Shown here one piece after another: positions 59,801 to 64,000 of a stretch of 64,000 bases of DNA. Numbering within the stretch: the first letter of the stretch is position 1; each line of letters starts with the position of its first letter. The notes beneath the pieces are model-generated. The model did no database searches, was not told the origin of the DNA, and was given only the letters and a program-made list of their open reading frames with translations. Origin of the DNA: Emiliania huxleyi CCMP1516 (Eukaryota); the NCBI RefSeq assembly GCF_000372725.1, contig NW_005201792.1:313440-377439 (forward strand). The letters run 5' to 3'. A program made the position numbers and the translations under genes.

Positions 59801-62800
59801 CTTTGACGCCCTCGAGAAGCACGTCGAGCGGCACGCGCCGCAGGCGGTGCGCTCGACCGCGACCCAGGCGCTCAAGGGCAAGTTTGGGCTCGGTTCGAGC
59901 GAGCGCGTGCTCGGCTCCTTCCGCTGCTGCTTCCACCCGCCCGGCGCGAAGCGCGAGGGCGGCGTGGGGCGGCAGCCCGGGCCGGCGGGCACGGGGGCGC
60001 TCAAGACGCTCCGGTCGGTGCTGCAGCGAGGCACTCTGTACCTCTTCACCTCGCACCTCTGCTTCCTGGGCAAGGGGTGGGACGGCAAGGAGACGCAGCG
60101 CGTCGTCGCGCTCGAGCAGCTCGTCTCCGTCAAGTGCAAGACGGGCTGGTGGGGCCTCGGTCGGCTCTCGTCGGCGCTCGTCCTCTCGACGCTCGACGAG
60201 CAGCTCCTCTTCTCGCGCTTCTGGCAGCCGCAGGTGACGCTCCACCGCATCATCGAGGCGTGGGAGCTCGCCCAGGAGCTCGCCGACGACACGTCCGGCG
60301 TCGCCGACGACGCGGCCGCCGACGAGGCGCCGAGCGAGGCCGCAGAGATGCACGAGGCGGACCTGCTCGCGATGCGGCTCCCTCCGGTGGTGGTGTGCCA
60401 GCGCGAGGCGGCGGCGCACGCGGGGGAGGCGCTCGACGCGACCGACGGGCTCGCCGAGTTCCGCTCGCCGGCCCTTGCCGCGCCCGCCTTCTCCCTCTTG
60501 CGCGGCGCCGACGCGGCGATGCCGCCGGCCGGCCCCTTCTACGCGTGCCTCCGTGTCACGCGGCAGCAGGCGCAGGTAGGGCGCGGAGGGGGAGGCCGCG
60601 ACTCGAGCCTGCTGCAGTCGGTCGCGGTGTCGCTGCACACCCCGCTGGAGCTGCACTCGCTCTTGCCCTTCGCCGTGCACTGGCGGCTGCTCGCGACGCG
60701 CAAGGAGGCGGCGCCACCGCCGACCCGCCTCACTCGCTTCGGCTCGAAGGGGCCGCTCGCGCGGTTGGCGTCGCGATCCAGCTCGAAGGATCTGCTGCAG
60801 CGCACGACCTCCGTGCTCTCCGCCTCCTCCGCGGGCGCCTCGAGAGAGCCCAGCGCGAGGAGCTCAGGCGCGCACAGCGCGAAGAGCCGGAGGGCGGGGG
60901 GTCTCACCTTCGATACCGTCGCTTCGGGTAAGGTCGACGCGTTTGGCGTCGCCCTCTGCCACGAGGCGCCACCGGGCCAGGACTGGCAGCTCGTGCTCTC
61001 GACGGACGAGCACGAGGAATCGCCGCCCTTTATGATCCACCACGGCCGATCCGACGACGCGGCGGGCGCGCGGCTGCCGGACTCGGTCGAGCTGCAGCCG
61101 GCGGACGGGGCGAGTGCGCCCGGCCCGCTCACCCTCCTCGTCGACAACGCGCTCCACGTGGGAGGCTTCCGGACGCTGCGCCTGTACGCGCCCTTCTGGC
61201 TCGTCAACAGGACGGGCCTGCCTCTCCTCTTCCGCGAGGTTGTGCGCGGCGCCGCCGCCGGCCCCGCCCACGCGATTGGAGAGGCGGGCGCCGGCCGGGC
61301 CAGGAATCGAGACTGGGACGACGCCTCCACGACCGACACGCGCACCGCGGTGGACGACTCGTCGGAGATGTCGGCGTCAGAGATCTCTGTCGCCTCCTCG
61401 CTGCTCGCGCGCCCGGCGCCGCTCCTCGGGACGCTGCTCGAGAGCTCGCCCGCGGGGCCGTCCAGAGACGCCTCGCCCGCCTCGCTCTCCGCCTCTGAGC
61501 CACCCGGCGGCGCCGACTCCAACCCGGAGCTGTTCTACCTCTCCCCCGCCGAGGAGGAGCTCGCCGAGCCGACGCACCTGGCGCCGCGCGTGACGCCGCT
61601 CCTCTTCGCCTGCTCGCGCAGGGACGCCCTCACCAAGCTCCAGGTCAAGCTCGCCAAAGAGGGGCCGGGCGCCGACCCGGTCGCCTACCGGCCGCGCGCC
61701 GGCTGGTCCAAGCCCTTCTCGATCGCGGCGGTCGACACGACCGGGACGGTCCGACTCGGCTCGGGCCCGAGCGCCGTCGAGGTGTGCGTCTCGATCACGC
61801 GCGGCGCGGGCGCCGCCGCCGAGTACTCGAACGTGGTCACCCTCGCGCCCCATTTCGTCCTCGTCTCGGAGGTTGCCTTCCCGCTCCGCTTCCGGCAGGC
61901 GGGCTGCGCGGAGTGGGAGCAGGTGCTGCCGCCGGCCGCCAGGCTGCCCTTCAATTGGGCGCACCCCAAGGGCGAGCGGCTCATCGAGCTCGCGCTCGAG
62001 GGCAGCGCCGGCGCCGGCCACTCCCACTTTTGCGGCGGCTTCCCCGTCGACGAGGTGGAGGAGTTTCTGCTCGAGGTGGGGATGCCGGGCGAGGAGTTTG
62101 AGGTGGTGAGCGAGAACCAGCGCCGCCTCTCCTCCTTCTCGTCGTGGAGCGAGACCAGCCTCCTCCCGACGGACCGCCACGGCCCGTGGTCCGACGGGCT
62201 GCTCGAGCGGCGATACGCGGGCGGGCTGCCGTCGGTCGAGCCGCCCCCAGGCTGGGAGTGGGCGGACGAGAGCTGGTCGCTGTTCCTCGCGCCAAAGGAG
62301 CAGCCGCGCGCCGCGGCCCGCCAGGCTGGGGCCGCGCCCGCGGGCGCGGCCGACGGCTGGGAGTATGCGACCAACTGGCCGGCGCCGGCGGGCAGCCACC
62401 GCGCGAGCGACGCCATCAACCCGAACCGCTGGCACACCGAGCCGACCGCCTCCACGTTTGTGCGCCGCCGCCGCTGGGTGCGCCGGCGGCGGCGAGCCGA
62501 CTGCCCCGCCGCGCTCAGGGCGCGGCTGCTCGCGGTCGATGTCGAGGAGAGCGGCGCCTCTGTCCGGATTCGCATTTCGGACGGCTCCGCGCGCGCGCCG
62601 CAGTACGTGCTGGAGAACGCGTCCGCCGCGAGCTTGCTCGTCTCGCAAAAAGGGCAGCCGGCGGCGCCCGCGGTGCTGTTGCCGCCGGGCGCGTGCAAGG
62701 CGTTCGTGTGGCCGGCCGTGTCGAGGGAGCACTGCCTGCTCGTCGCGCTCGAGAGCGGCGAGCCGACCGCCGTCAAGTTCGACGAGGTTGGCTTCGAGGC

Positions 62801-64000
62801 GACGATGGACTGGGGCGGCCTCCCCATCGCGCTCATGGTGGTGGCGCGCGGCAACACGCGGACGCTGATCGCGGCGCCGAAGCTCGACGTGCCGGCGGCG
62901 CCGACGGCGAGCACCCTCCTCTTCCACGTGCACATGGCTGGCATCGGCGTCTCGCTCGTGCGCTCGGGCGTCGAGGAGCTCGCGTACCTCAGCCTGGCGC
63001 GGATCGGCATGGTCTTCGACGCGTCGGCCGCGGCGCACAAGTTCGGACTCACCGTCGGCGACCTGCGGCTCGACAACCAGACGCGCGCCGCAACGCTGCC
63101 CGCGGTCCTCATCCGCTCGTCTTACGTCATCCGCCAGCGCAACCTCATCGAGGAGACCACGAGCGCGGCGCAGAAGCGCGTGCCCTGCCTGACGCTGGCC
63201 GTCGACCGAAATGTCCTCGAGTACGGCGTCGCCAACGCCGGCCAGTCATTCCGCCAGCTCGTGCTCGCGGTCGACGAGTTCGACGCGCAGGTGGAGGAGT
63301 CGTTCGTGCGCGCGCTCGCTGGCTTTGCCGCGACGCTGCACACGCCCCGTGCCGGCGCGGCGCAAGCCAGCGCGCAGCCGGCGGCGGCGGCGCCGCCGCC
63401 GCCGCTGACGCCGCGGATGGACGAGAAGAGGCGGGCGAGGACGTTGCGCTCCTCTCGACGAAAGAGCGCCGAAGGGCGGCACACGTCGCGCTTTAGCGCG
63501 GCCTCAGCCTTCAAGGACGTGCCGCGTATGTCGATGGATCTCGCGACGGGCGCGTCCGGGATGCGGCTGGCCGGCGACGACCACTCCGAGCTCACGCTGA
63601 GGCGTGCCGTCTCCAGTGTCAGCGCTGCTTCGATCGACTCGGCCCGCAGCTCAAGAAGGCGCTCCACTGAGGCCTTCCCGGCCCCCGCGACGCTCCACGA
63701 ACCCTTCGCTCCGCCGGCTGCACCCGGAGCCGGCCGGTCCCCTCCCGGCGGCGACGCCCTGCCGCCGTTGACGCCGTCCGCCAAGGGCGGCGGCGGCAGC
63801 GGCGGCGGAGGCGGAGGTGGTGCGGCCGGTGACAAGCCGCCCTTGGCGGAGGAGAAGTGGCACTTCCACGAGCTGCAGATTGCGCCGCTGAGGCTCAACG
63901 TGAGCTACACGCAGAGCCGCGACGCGGACGGCGAGCAGCCCCGCGGCGCGCTCGAGCGGACGGCGATCCCCAACCTCGACCGCACCCCTCTCGTGCTCGA
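50832..64000 (+). CDS. VPS13: VPS13-family lipid transfer protein, multi-exon, continuing off the right edge
   Basis: Chorein-N start (LLNDILGELV...LLNGHVLLRNL, GVVGRAELHIPWAKL, ENLQLDLTNVVIRY), WWRRA, WEPIVE, YRVANETG, YAPFWLVNRTGLPL, WSKPFS, GIGVSLV...ELAYLS, LDNQ. Confidence 0.9.

Noticed and set aside
53839..63496. Long alternative-frame and antisense ORFs over VPS13 and other genes
   Set aside because: R/A/G/P-rich shadow ORFs expected from very high GC, with no recognisable motifs.

Overview
Very GC-rich eukaryotic genomic DNA. Frequent GC-AG introns filled with short tandem repeats and a flagellar gene suggest a haptophyte such as Emiliania/Gephyrocapsa (inference). About 17 genes are recognisable: an RluA pseudouridine synthase fused to a Leu/Phe-tRNA-protein-transferase-like domain, an EF-hand 5'-nucleotidase, a cysteine desulfurase-TtcA fusion, a GT61 glycosyltransferase, a histidine phosphatase, a CN hydrolase, an alpha/beta esterase, a 2OG-Fe(II) oxygenase, two kinases, Rab7, CFAP77, an FAD oxidase, a partial VPS13, several unknowns and tRNA-Thr(CGT). 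Intergenic DNA is dense with non-autonomous elements whose ends can be read directly: two tandem Helitrons with an intron-containing cargo, a ~1-kb palindrome, a 3.1-kb hAT-type element with an 8-bp TSD and retroelement cargo, a MITE with a 7-bp TSD, a Kolobok-like MITE, a split direct-repeat structure and an 8-unit palindrome array. Most long ORFs in the supplied track are GC-rich shadow frames. Exon boundaries were read by eye and are approximate.
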